Origin: Psilocybe cubensis
Taxonomy: Eukaryota
Reading direction: 5' to 3'
NCBI GenBank assembly: GCA_017499595.2
Contig: CM038999.1
Span: 3,472,001-3,536,000 of the forward strand
Length of the DNA: 64,000 nucleotides
The translations under genes were made by a program, and so were the position numbers. Under the pieces are notes generated by a model. It worked only from the letters and a program-made list of their open reading frames with translations. It was not told the DNA's origin and ran no database searches. Positions within the stretch are counted from its first letter, which is position 1. Every line of letters starts with the position of its first letter. Shown here piece after piece: positions 50,438 to 63,800 of the stretch.

Positions 50438-51194
50438 TCCAAAAAATCGATGTTACTTATACCAAAAGGCCTGGTTCTGTTCAACATGTTTGCCATCATC
50501 CTAAATGTAATTTTTGTACCAAAGTAAGACAGATGCTTCAATATAACCACTATAATTTCTTGATTTCCTGTGGGCTTCCGAGTAGTTCTGGAAGGTATTC
50601 CGCTATAATGAAAACTAGCAGTGCCCCCGTGCTTTGCACGGAAAGTTGGGCAGCAATTCATCATGCTATTCCCTAGTGTTTTTGCACGGAAAGACGGGAG
50701 GTAATTTATCATGTTAATTTTCAGGCATATTTCGAATTTTTGGGTGATCGAAAAAGCAATGTTGCTTTGATTATATTGATACTCCCAATTTTCATATTCG
50801 CATTCAGCAAAAAAGGCATGCGGCTTGCCCAGTCAAGGTCTAAATTCTTCCCAACCATCTCATTTGTGCAGGGGAAATTTGGAAAAGTTCTAGGTCATCT
50901 ATCTGCACGCTCAGAATACACTTGTGCATCCAACGCTTCTCCTTGATGGCAGCTATTTTTAAGTTGGGTCCACATGATAGCCTACTCCTTGAATGACACC
51001 CGCTAATGTCGTAGGATTCAGAAAGTTACGCAGTTCGGTGATGAATGAGAGATATAAGCGCAGCTCGCACAGTTATTACCACGTTTCTCCTCTGCCTTTC
51101 CTCAATACCCTAATCTACAGCGACAACAGCACTCGGAAGGATAGATAACGAGACTTGAAAACGGTATCAAGAGCACCTCGTCCTCCCCCTCCCT

Positions 51195-52833
51195 ATGTCC
51201 TACGGAAATTACAGCTATTACCCTCAACCGCAGCCTCAATCATGTCCATACCCTCATCCCCACCTAGGCTCACCCGACAGGAGACTCCTCTATCCTGGAT
51301 ATGAACCTCGACGAAATGCCACCCGGCGCTTCTTTGGCGCTTTCTTTGTCGCCGGGTTGATCTGGCTCATGCTCACGGCTTTTATCGAGAGTCTGAGATT
51401 GGCACATCGATGGGCCAGACATGGCGATTGGGTACGTCGAAATTTTACGATTCATTATTGTGTGCATTCATTGGATGCTCCTATACACTTTCAATTGTGC
51501 TAACTTGCATCGCTTCATTTGTGGAATTTACGAAGCTGGATTCATGGTATTACTCTGTCCCTCCGCAAGTGAGCCTTGATAGCTGTGTACAAGGGGCCGA
51601 ATGGACGAAAGTGCCAAACAGAATGGCTGCTGAAACTTCCTTTGAGCTGCCCCTTTCATCCGATACTCTGTTCCTTCTATCTCGAGGCGACAGACTCGAT
51701 GGTACGGTCAAAGTCGAGACGTCAAGGTATCAAGCAAGTGGGTTTGCCTCAGTGCATGTTCTCATGCGCTACTGGTTTCCTACTGCAGTTGAGCGCACCA
51801 AGGCGTGCTTGGTGAGCAGAGGCATCAATGAGGATGGCGTCGGCTTATTTGTGGGTACTTTCTTTCAGAGCTTCACCGATGAAATTTTTTCTCACCTGTG
51901 GCATTACACAGGCTCCAGTATACAGAATTCCTGGCCGCCCGGGATGGGACTATCAGCTCTCCTTTGAAATAACAGTGACGCTCCCTGAAAACGCTGCTTT
52001 GAACCCTCTCGTCATCAAAAACTTTGAAACGGATGTCCCCAATGGCAGGCATGATATTGCCGATATTGGATCCAGAGTCCTGTTTGAAACCATCTCCCTG
52101 AAGGGGACCAATGCGGGCTTCGAATCAAAGGTACATCCTTTTTGATTTAGCACTTTCCATTTGAATAGAATTTGACGAGCGTGCAGTCTTTAACCGCCCA
52201 ACATGGATACATTTATACCACCAACGGGAGGATCTCAGGGAAGTTCAGCACAAACGATACTCTACGGCTGGTGACAAGCGACGGCAGGATCACTGCGAAT
52301 GTCGATCTACAAAGTGATTCGGCCACCGCACGCCCCAAACTAGAGGCCATCACTAAAGACGGGTAAGCCACTTCGGCCTTCGCAGATTTTAATCTTTTTT
52401 GACGCTATTGGTATGCGTAACCTGTAGCCGTATTGAAACCGACATCAACCTAATCTCGAGAGTGAATGGCGGGCGCGGTGGCTCTTTCGATGTAGTCACA
52501 ACCACCAAGGACGCCCAGCTCGACGTGAAATTTCCCAAATCCCCGGTAGACTCCACACTCAACTTCATCGCATCCACGAAGGACGCGCGCGCTAGCGTCA
52601 CCCTGAATCCAGCATATGAGGGAACATTCGACCTACACACCTCCTCGCATTCCAAAGTTAATATAGATCTATTCCAAGGCGTAGATCCTGCTGGGAAGAA
52701 CAGAGACAGACATATCGCGTTCACTCACCAAAATAATAATGAGTTTGTGGGCCGTGTCAGTTGGGACCCACGAAACAGCTACAGGGGGTCAGTGGTGGTG
52801 AGGACCAACGCCGCTCTCTACGCTCGCATTTAG
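51195..52833 (+). CDS. Same membrane family, paralog 2 (N-terminus eroded)
   Basis: Highly similar to paralog 1 with the same introns; the apparent ancestral start region at 51110-51194 is degenerate. Confidence 0.72.
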
Positions 52834-52995
52834 TCAACGAGACTAGAGAGTTGATTCTCTGATACCAAACATTGTTTTTTATATTCGAGACCTGTTGTAC
52901 ATACCGATTGTAATACTTTTTGTACACGTATAAACCAGATACCTCAACCTACCCAACCATATAACCGTCCAGAACCATCCAGATGATCGCATGAA

Positions 52996-54684
52996 TTACA
53001 AATACAGAGTAGCTTGTCCGTTCGTTGTGCTTACCACCACCTTGCCTGCGCCAGAAGACGACTGGTTGTCCCATGAAACAGTCCCCGCCGTCTCTCCTCT
53101 CCCTTCGCCACTAAAATTGACATGGCGTCCATCGACATTGGGTCTAACCACATTCACCTTCGCGTCTTCAAAAGCAGACGTCTGAACGTCAAAACTTCCT
53201 GCGTAGGCAGCGTCTAGTATGACGGACGCTTGTCCGTTTTGCGTAGACGCTTGCAGGTCGAGGGTCGACCCAGAAGGGGCGTTAGGGAACGCAATTTTGA
53301 GCGGCTGGTTCGAGGTCTCCGCGTTTACTGTGAATGTCCCTCCAGATCCAGAAGAAGAAAAGAGATTTATGTTCGCATCGATGGCCCTAATAGCGTGTCA
53401 AATATAGTGTTAGTGCTGCAATTGAAACAAGTGGGGTGAAAGTTCTTTACGCGTTACTAGTGCGGGCGGTAAGCATTGGGTTAGAATCGCTTCCTTGGCT
53501 AGTGAGTCCAACATCGACGCGGATACCGGAATCCGTGGTGGCCAGAAGCAAGGACTCCGAAGCGTTAAATATCCCTGAAATTTGACCGTTGCTGGTGTTT
53601 ATTTTTCCAGAAGTAGTGGCCAGTGACTGCATACGAGATCAGTTCTTGCAGTGCCGTAACAAACTACCACTTGAAGAATGACACGCACCTGAACAGCTAT
53701 AGGCCCATTTGATCCACTAAGAGATATAGAATCGAAGAGAATCTTTGTGCTCAAGTCCCCTATTTGGTGACTACTGTCCGGGAGGTCCGTCTCTAAATCC
53801 TTGATATGGAGAGGTTCACCATTGCCAACGTCCGGTAGGATGACAGTGATATGGAAGTTCACATTCCATAACGGCGAATATCCACTTGTTGGAGTCTACA
53901 GAATCGAGGGACAGGAATATGGGGTTCTTAGTAAACAATTTCGGGGAGATGATGGATAACTAACGAAGACGCCAACCCCGTTTTCATTAGCGTTGCGGGT
54001 CAAGAGACAAGCTTTCGTTTGTTGAAGGCCTTGTTGGCTGTTGGACGTTGCTTGAACATTGATCGTTGCGGATTGAAAAGATTGAGTGGGTGAGGTGATA
54101 ATTGTTATAGATCCACCTAAATTCTGCCCTCGTGAAAGGAAGAGAAGCGCATCGGAGGAGATGGGGAGGGTAAAGTTGGTAGATCCTGAAGCCTGAGCAT
54201 CACCTCCGAAATTGAGTCTCAAGAGCGCAAAGGGTGATGTTCGACGAGCTTGGTTCCAAGATTTGCCACTGACACAGTTTCCCAAATTCAGGTCAGAAGA
54301 GACTGCAGAGCCACCCACCTATATACATAGATTGTATAGCTGAATTTACTATTATCATTTGTGAGGCTGTAACAAACTTACTGAGCGTCCGTGGTGTTTA
54401 TGGCCGAACTGTAACGCGTTGACAGAACTCTGAACTAGTAGACTGAGCAACAACCAGATGAACGTGGCTACGAAGAAAGAACTGAGGAAGCGCCGGCCTG
54501 CTCCCGGTCGAGGTACGATGATGGCATACTCCACGATCGGTTGAGTATCATGGTATACAGGTGGTCCGGTGTACGGTGGCGGAGCTTCCTGTTGGGATTG
54601 ATGTGGCTGTTGTAGGACAGGCCCAGGATTCGAGACAGCAGAATACGGTTTCGGCGTATTGGTTGTTTGCCACTGGTTGGCCAT
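52996..54684 (-). CDS. Same membrane family, paralog 3 (inverted)
   Basis: APPPY motif, RRFLSSFFVATFIWLLL transmembrane segment, TSNGQI/TSNA/QNGQA repeats, VVVSTTNG end. Confidence 0.75.
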
Positions 54685-55742
54685 GACGAGTGAAGATTAT
54701 TCACGGGCAAAGGAATGTAGTTGGAAGTTTTGAATAACAGGGGTAAGTAAGTGGGTTATAGGTGCCTCAAGTATCCTATGCTGTTGTTATAAGAAAGGTC
54801 GAGTTGTTGACGCCTGTGGTGGTCAAATGGAGTGTGCTAGTAAACGAAATCGAGCGGAAGCTAGGGGGAGACAATGTGACGTCATCACTGCAAATGATCT
54901 TAGCTGGTTCATTCCAAATCTAATCTAAGGACTTCGCGCAGTCATCGCAGGCCACATCGAAGTCTCATTTACCACCTTCCGACCGTATTGCGAGACGTGA
55001 ATGAGTTCGGATCGAAAGAGCTAGATGCTGATATACCGGCGACCAAGCCTAGCGCGTGTAAGTTTTCTATTCTTCCATTGGCGGTGAACTGATGATGCCG
55101 GCACAAGGTATTTAAGCTGAATGAACTTGATTATGAACGCCAAATTAAACAGCGAACTGTCCGTCTGAGGGTTAGGCATATTGACGCGATGACACGATGA
55201 ACGGCGTCTTCATTCAGGTAGAGCGTTAGTGTGTGTGGGCACACCGCAGCTGACAAACGTGTCATGGATCGAACGCGTCAATTTGACAAGGAACTGCATC
55301 CCGCAAGGAGGCATTGTGAATCCGTCAATAGAATGGTTGAACCATGCACTATTCGAATAGAGATATCGGCCCTTCCAGACGATGGATTTCACCAGAAAAG
55401 ACAATTGGGCGACAGTGGTTGTTGAATGATGAGATGTAAAAGAAAGCGTGGCGTCGGTGTCAATTCTCAATTCCTATCCCATGGTTCGGAGTTGGAAATT
55501 CAAAAACTGAAGTTGAAACCAAGCAAGTTCTTCAGCAGTGATCCACGATAGTATTGACTAAGAAATGTACAACAAGCAACCCGTGTGAGAGAAAACTATA
55601 TACAAACGCGTCCAAACACGCACGAGCAGAAAACCAGGCCCACAAGTTGAAACAGAGATCGCAGAAGCGGTGAAAAATGAGGGAGAAAAAAAAAAGAAAG
55701 AACCAGACGAAAAGAGAATATACAGACGACAACGGTGGAGAC

Positions 55743-57287
55743 TTATAAAACATTTTTGGGGTTGGGTTCAAAGCCGGTGTTCCCAAATGCTGAACTCGGT
55801 GAGCCAAAAGAGAAAGAGAAAGGGTTAGATAAAGGATCAGGGAGACTTGTGTTCGTGGTCGTAGTTGTGGAGCCGAACAAGTCGTCAGGTAAGGTGGTGT
55901 TATTGGCGGTAGTGGTGGTAGGAGTAGGACTGACGATGTCGATCAACGCCGAGTCAGTCTCACCAGCAGCAGGTGCATCAACAGCTACTGCCCCTCCATC
56001 GGCACCAACCGCCGTACCATCTTTCGCAGACACAGGCTCTCCCTTCTCAGCTTTATCCTCTCCCTTATTTTCTCCTTCCTCCTCCTCCGCCTTTGTTTGA
56101 CCTGTTGTTTTGTCCACCACCTCCTGTGTGCTTGGCAGAGACAGGGGTTTCGTTTCCTTTGTTGGCGGAGTCAGTGTCGTTGTTGTCGGTGTCGAGGAGG
56201 GAGGAACCGCCGTTTGCGGTCCCTTTGCCGCCTTTTTGTTTCCCGCCTTCGTTTTCGTTTGCGTCTGGATCTTCGGCTTCTCCACTGGCGGTTTCGCCGG
56301 TGCTGTCACCGTTTTCGGCTTTGTGGTTGTCTATAATGAAAGAAAGAAGTGGAACAAAAAAGAAGGGGACAGATATGAGCAATCAACGACATAAACGCAA
56401 TTAACAGCACACAATACCAATGCACCTGTGATGATGGGTGTCGCCGCTTCCGGTTCCTCCGCCCCGCTCTCAGCCTTGGGAGCAATCTTAAACAGCTCCC
56501 TAATCACCGCCCGTAGATCCTCGCCATGTACCGTCGGCGTCAACGGGCTGCGCGCTCCGCTCGGCAGGCGCGCCGCGCGGACCTCCTCACGACCCTTGGC
56601 GATCATCAGCGTCGTCTCCATCCCAAGATCCAGACCCTCCTCGAGCGTCAATGGTTCCTCGCGCTCACACAGCGCGGCATACCGTGGGATGAGGATGTTG
56701 CGGTCGACGTTGTTCAGGTGATATAGTTTGATCCTCTTCACGTCCGTGAGTGACTTCTTCTCGAGCTCGCGCACGGAGAGCGATTTGACCTCAGGGAAGC
56801 TCCATCGCTCGGCAAGGGTGAGGATCGTCTCCCAGACGTCAGCACCGGCTTCGTATATTGAGTAGCGGCTGACAATATCAAAACGAGTCAGGGGTTTGAA
56901 TCAGATGCCCAGTGGTTAGAGGAACGTACGGGTTGTAGAAGACCCATAGGAAGTTCTCAAATTGTGATGCGGTCAAATCCTCCAGTACCACCGCACTGGA
57001 GTCGGACGACCCGACAGGCTGCTGTCCGGGTGAAGCAGGCCCAGCGAGCTTGCTCGCAAAATACTTCGACTCTCGCTCGAAGAAATAGCGGTGGACTCGG
57101 AATTGGATATGTTCCACCTACATAGAAAGATTCGATGGATAGAGAATGAGAACGTGTTGATGAATAAAGAGATATGCTACATGAGTGTTAAACTCACCAG
57201 GATGCTGAGATCAGCGCCAGAGATGTAGTACTGAGGATGTCTCTCGACATGCAAGATCGCACCGTTGCCATTCGTCGTATCCGCCAT
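55743..57287 (-). CDS. BTB/POZ-domain protein with low-complexity C-terminal tail
   Basis: HPQYYISGADLSIL|VEHIQFRVHRYFFERES...FLWVFYNP|RYSIYEA...LAERWSF. The frame of the last exon is ambiguous (stop at 55743 or 56065). Confidence 0.85.
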
Positions 57288-58289
57288 GCTTGTAATCGTA
57301 TGCGTAGGGAGTAGTACACAACCAGTTATATACACGCTTCAAGCGCGACTGGGTCCAAAGGGTATCGGATGAGGGTGGATAGGTTGGTGGGTTAGTGGGG
57401 CAGTGGGTTCCATCGGGTGTTCAGGTATTTAGCCCAGAGAAAAAACTAACGAACACGTGTAGCGGAAACACGTTCCCATTGTTCTGATTCTGAAATCTGA
57501 AAGATACAATGGATTCTTGACTGCTCCGGCGCCTCGAGGCACCCGAGCAAGCGGCGGTAAAATCCAGACGGGGCAAAGTCGGCGAACCGAGGCTCTTTAC
57601 GCGCGGCTTGAGGGGTTTCCAGGCCAGCATCAACACCTTAACTTTGAGGTAATCTGGTGCATTGCAAGAAATCGATACTTTGTATGAGTAAGAGCGCGTA
57701 AGAGAATAGGAGGTCGCCGCTGTCTTCGAGGTCTTGGGAGTCAGAAAGAGACCTCGTGCGATGATTGTGGATGATGGCGATCATGGATTCGTGAAATGTG
57801 ACGGCGTCGGAGGGTCGGCTAGCTGCGCGGCATCTGCCTCGTGTTGGCCGCCTGGACAATGCGGACAGCTCTACGATCGTCAATGGATTGCACAATCGAA
57901 CGAGCATCTCCCGGAACCACATCAGTGTTCTATACATGTAGGTGATTCTATGTTGATCTTATAATATATGCAGTGCAAACTTCTACCAAAAAATATGCGA
58001 TAAAACATGCAGACACGTACAATAGTACAATACAACTTTTTCGTAGTAAACAATGGATTTACAGATAATATCGTAAGTAAATTGTAAGCATTACATCCAA
58101 GATATTATGCGTCAAGCAAAGAGCTATGTTACAATGGTTGGAGGTTGTGTGAGTCCGTAAGCTTTTATGTGGAACAGAAAATTATGAAGACAGCCAAATC
58201 AAGAAAAGGGGTAGGAAGACAAATGATAGCGATACGAGGGACGGATAGTGATGAAGGCGAGATGAATGCAGGACGCGTTCCGCTGACCA

Positions 58290-59303
58290 CTAACGATGAT
58301 TGCCGTTAGGAGCAAGGGTGACACCACGCCCTCCTTTCCGCGGGGACCCACGGAATTTGAATCCTTGAGCGTCGTTCTGAGCATTAGCTAGAAACGAATA
58401 TAATATTAAAAATTAGGAAATAGGGTCAGCGTCGCGTCATGAAGAAAGGTCTAGCACAAGTCAAAAAAAAACTCACTAGATGAAGACGGCGAAAGCGAAG
58501 CAAGGGTCTCCTGCCTATACTTCATCGACGCGCCGAGCTCGATGCCCAGATCGTGCTCAATCGCTCGGAACACATCATCCTCCTCCAGCCCACTAGGCAG
58601 GGGGCTCCGCCCCTCATTCGAAGGGTCAGCGCGCAGCTTCTCGCGCGTCGTATTGATGAGAACGACAGATTCTAACCCGAGGATCTGCGACTCCGCCAGC
58701 GTGAGCGGCGTATCGCGGGCACAGAGCTCCGCGTAGAGAGGGACGAGGTGTCGTGGGTCGACCTTGTACTTCTGGTATAGGGACATCTTGTGTACGAGGT
58801 CGAGGTCGCGCTTTTTGTGGAGCTCGCGCACGCAGAGCTCTTTGACCTCCTTAAAGTCCCATCGGTCGGCAAGGTCTAGAATGCATTGCCAGTCATCTAC
58901 GCTGGCGTCGTACAGTGAATACTTTCTGTGACGAGTATAGCATTAGTCGCATACAATGAGAGGAACATGAGGTTGGATGGGACGCACGGGTTATAAAAAA
59001 CCCAGAGGAGCTTTTCAAAGTCTTCGGGGGGTACACCTTCGAGTATGACAGGGTCATGGTCTGTCATGCCCTCCTTCACATCTCCAGGAGAGGTAGGGTT
59101 TACTTTGCGGCTGAAGATAGGGGACTCTCTAGAGAAAAAATATCCATGGACTCGAAAGAGTGTTTTGCCGGCCTGGAAGAGCGACACGTAGAAGGTACCG
59201 TCAATCACATATTGCCTCGCGAGAGCATAAAAAGTACAAGCATGCGTACCAGTATGTGTAGGTCCCCTCCTTCGATGTAATACTTGTGATGCCTTTTAGG
59301 CAT
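58290..59303 (-). CDS. BTB/POZ-domain protein, tandem paralog of the 55743-57287 gene
   Basis: MPKRHHKYYIEGGDLHIL|AGKTLFRVHGYFFSRES...LLWVFYNP|KYSLYDA...LADRWDF. Confidence 0.85.
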
Positions 59304-60897
59304 AGATATGCTACTCTCTCTCGAGTGATGCATCTTGCGGGATCCAAAGGTTCAAACTTTGAAGTCGTATGAGAAGGGAAGTAGCAATGAAGGTAGCGAC
59401 GGTGGATGAAGAGGGAGGAAACGAGAAACGGGAAAGAAACCCTTGGATAAGACGAGCATCTTGACCGAGGGGGATAAGTATAACAACGTTTTTTTCTTCC
59501 ATGATGCTGGTCCGACGGATTTCGTTAATTGCCGCTTACACGTGTTGCACAGCTACCCTCACCTAGAACCCCTCATTGTGCCTTCCGCAATTGCGCTGCG
59601 TGCACAGTGCACAATGCATTGTGTATACACGCCTCGCGGTGCGTGAAATCGAAATCGAACCGAAATGGGCGCCTATTTGTGATCCTTCGACGAGGTTTTC
59701 CTGCAGCGTGGGCAGGCCTTTTTCCCTCATTTGTGTATTTCGTGCCACGCATAGGAGTCATTAGGTGCAGCTGCGGCATAATCCACGTCTTCTAGACGAC
59801 ACGCACACACTCGAATCATCCACAATTCCAGGACAGAAAGACGTTTGTGGATGGTGGCGTTTTTGCACACTGTGGGCAGGACTTTGGGAATCCAGGAAGA
59901 ATACTTAGAATAGCGGGCTTTTTCGTCGCGTTCGAAAACACGAGGGGGGCCAACGTGCTGTGGACACCGCGACTCGTGCCTTTTTTTCTCCGCTCAATGC
60001 GCCTTTCTGTCGACTGTACACCAAAGCATATGCTCGAGACATATACTTAGGAACAGTGCTTGGATCTCACAAAGAATCTCCGGTGTTCGTGGGCAGGTTC
60101 TGCGCAGTTGGCCGTACGAAAAGATTTCACGACTGTCAGACCCTCGGACTCGGAGAGTAATCAGAACGAATCAGGGCACAAATAGTACGTTCAACTTCTA
60201 TTAGTATTAAATAATTATAACACAACACGTCCACGTCTTTGCTTCGACTTGACCTTGACAAATATCCTACATATAACTTACCCACACCACACCACACCAA
60301 ATTACTTTGACTATTCTGACATGAGAATGACTGCTTTTGACGGTGCATGCTAGTCCACATATAGGCTTTGCCATTTTCGAAAATGCATAGATTTCAGATT
60401 ACTGACAGATGCTTGTTTATATCCGCGATATTTGGATCTCCGTTATCCTTCACTTACATTCTAACCGCGATAACAGATGGCCGAGGACTTGGGACAAAAA
60501 TGAAAGTGTGAAGTCGCGAAGATTTAAGTAGCAGTGGAACCTTCAAGAGCCCGGGAGATTGGACTTTGGAATGAGAGTACTAAACACTTCAGGAAATATC
60601 ATTTCACCAAGTGGGGCAAGTGTATTTTTCATAAAAGTGTTGTAAACACCCTTGTTCCAAGAATATTGAATACACAATCTATCTACTTGAGCCATATTAC
60701 TGGCCAAATAATTATTACATGCTAAAGTAAGTAAGTAGTAGATGATCATGCACCCCCCTCAGTCTATCACCCTCCCATCCAAAGGAATGACGCAAAAAAG
60801 CAGTATAGTCCATGACAAACGAATGAATGAACAAAAAAAAAAAAAAAAAGAGCAAGGAAACAAATTAATAACCATAAAAAACCCACAAACCAATCAA

Positions 60898-63800
60898 TCA
60901 CCAAAACCTCCACCACGCCTTTTTGCCAGCACCCTCTCTTCTACGCGCAGCACTATCCTCCTCCTTCACATCATTCTCCCTAATAACCTTCAAAAACACA
61001 CTCTCCAAGCTCGCCTTCTCAACCGTGTACTCCGTGAAATCGCCATGGGTCGCTAGGGTGTCAAATAGCTGTCCGAGCGTGAACGGCTCAGAGCCGTCTT
61101 CAGCTGCTGTCCCGATGGGCACCTCGAAGCGCGTCGCGACGTCGTCCGCCATGCGCGAGCCAGGGATGTGCGACATAAGTGTACGCGCTTTGACAATTTC
61201 GTCGCGCGTGCGACATGTAAAGTGTACTTCGTATGTCGCATAACGCGCGGATAGGGACTCGGTTGTGCCAACAGCTTGTAGTAATAGAAAATAAAATCAG
61301 TACACGATTGAGACAGATGAATGAAATGACAGCCTACCTAGCATACGCTTAGCCAAAATACCAACACCACTCGCCAGAGCAGACGCCTCCTCCATAGAAT
61401 CTAAAAACACAAGTAAAAAAAATTGAACAAATCAAACCAAAAAAAAAGACGACGAAAAAAGGCAGAAACATACGCGTCGTAATCACAACCGCTTTCCCAA
61501 CCGCAACCCTTCTAAGCGTCTGCCACATATCCCTCTTCATCTTCGGATCAATCCCCGTCGAGAACTCATCAATCAACACAACCGACGGATTACCAATGAG
61601 CGATATCGCAAGCGACAGTTTGCGCTGATTTCCCCCCGACAGCTTGCTCGCAAGTCTATCAGCGTACATCCCCAGCGAGGTGCCGAGCAGTACTGCGCGC
61701 ACACTCGAGTCTAGCTCTGGACCTTGTTGCAAGCCCTTGAGTCGTCCGTAGATGATGAGATGTTCTTCGACGGTGAGCTGCGAGTCGATGGCTGTGAACT
61801 GCGGACAGACGCCAAGCGCCGCGCGAGCCGTGCGTGGATTCCGCACGACAGACACACCGTTGATAAACACGTCTCCGACATCCGGTAGAATATCACCGCC
61901 TACATTACATTCCACACCATCAATAAAAAGGAGGAGAGAGAAAAAAAATAGAAAAAACATACGGATAATATTAAACGTCGTCGTCTTCCCAGCCCCATTC
62001 GGTCCAAGGAGCGCAAAAATCGTATCCTTTGACACCCCCAAGCTAACATCATCCACTACCTGATTCTGCCCAAACTTCTTCGAAATGTTCACAACACGCA
62101 ACAGGTCATCCGAGCCCGCAACCGCCTCTGCAGCCGCCATGACGTCCTCCTTGGACGCGGAGGAGGAGGGCGTACCGGACCCAGAGGGCAGCTTGCGCGC
62201 GCGGAGACGTCGTGGGGTGCGCGTGCCCGAGTCGACCCAGACGAGGATGGCGAGGAGAATGAAGGCGTAGACGAAGAGGTAGAGGATGGGCCCGCCATAG
62301 CGCTTGATTGAGCCCATGGAGGAGGCGTTGACTTCAGTCGTTCCATCGCAGAGTAATGAGAACAGGTTGACGGAGACCAGTGCAGCGCGTGTCTGAAAAC
62401 AAAATATTTTAGCAAGACTAGTTGTATCGAGCGACGGAAATACTCACCACACTAGCTACAGGCGCGACGATCGATGTCGAAAAGTGGATGATAGTAGTCA
62501 ACCTTGTAGCCTCCGTGACTTTTCCATACGTCAATACCAAAAGGTACGAAGACAAATAAAGCTTCACAAGAAAGAAATTTAGCATATAAATAATAAAATA
62601 AAATAGAAGGAAATGAACGTACAATGAACATGACGAATTGGTATCCAGCCACAGCTGCAAAGGCCGCGAGAGGCGTTGCAACCATCAAAGACACACAATA
62701 CGCAAACAGCGCCCCAGTGATTCCATACTGCACCATAACAAACCACTGTATAACAACCCACACTCTGTCAGTACATTCTCCAAGCCACCACTAATCCAAA
62801 AAGAACAAAAAAGACAAAAAAAACGCACCAAGAACCCAAGCCCATGGAACTGATTCGACGCCGCAGCCGCAAACACAACGGTGATAATCGTCGACAACAC
62901 CACCACCGACAGCGTATCGAACATCAAATGGCCTAACCACAGCCCAAGCGGGTTCGTCAGTCCATTCGAGAACTGCATCGCCTGCACCGACGTCCGTCTC
63001 TCCTTCGCGACGTAAAGTGTGTAGAACGCCGGGTATACCGCCTGCAAAAATAATTTTTTTTTAAAAAGGGTGAATTGTGTATCGAATTGTAATCTTTTTC
63101 GTTAGACACGTACCATGACAGCCCCGAAAAATACGATCCAGCGCAGCGACACGAGCGTACCAGCCGCAACAGGCGGGAACGCCGCATAATTCGCCTTAAT
63201 AACCGCCTCTCCCTGCGCACCCCCACCCCCACCCACAGCACTCGCATTCACCGCACGACTATACAACACATTCGTCGCCAAATTCAACATCGTCGGGCCC
63301 GTCAACCCAGGCGGCGTCGCCTCCCACGCAACGAGCGCCGCACCCGTGCTCATATCAAACGACACACCCCCAAGTGAAAAATTCCTATAATTACTCGTAA
63401 TATCCCCCACAAACGTCGCGTTATCCCTCACATCCGTCGTGCGCAGTGCACCAGCGGAAGCTCCGAGCGCCTGACGTATAATACCCGGCGGCTGATTGAG
63501 TACGCGGGACGACGGGCCGAAGGTGAAGCTGCTGAGGAGGATGGGGGAGTCTGGGAAGAATAGGGGGATAGAGACGGGCGTATCGAAGCGGCGCACGCAC
63601 GACTGCTGTTTGTGCCGGATGAAGACGAGGGGGATGCACGCGCCCGCGACGGCGAGGAGGACGGTGAGGAAGGGCGTGAGCCAGCTGCGCCGCGCGATGA
63701 GCCATCGTTTGTAAAAGACCGTCTGCGCCTGTTTGTACGCGTGCACCGGGCGGCCTGTTGGTAAGTCGATGATGTGCGAGTCTAGTGCTGCTCCTGGTCC

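Noticed and set aside
55168-55177. CCTAACCCT telomerase-template-like 9-mer on the minus strand
   Set aside because: A few such 9-mers are expected by chance in 64 kb, and no supporting structure was seen.
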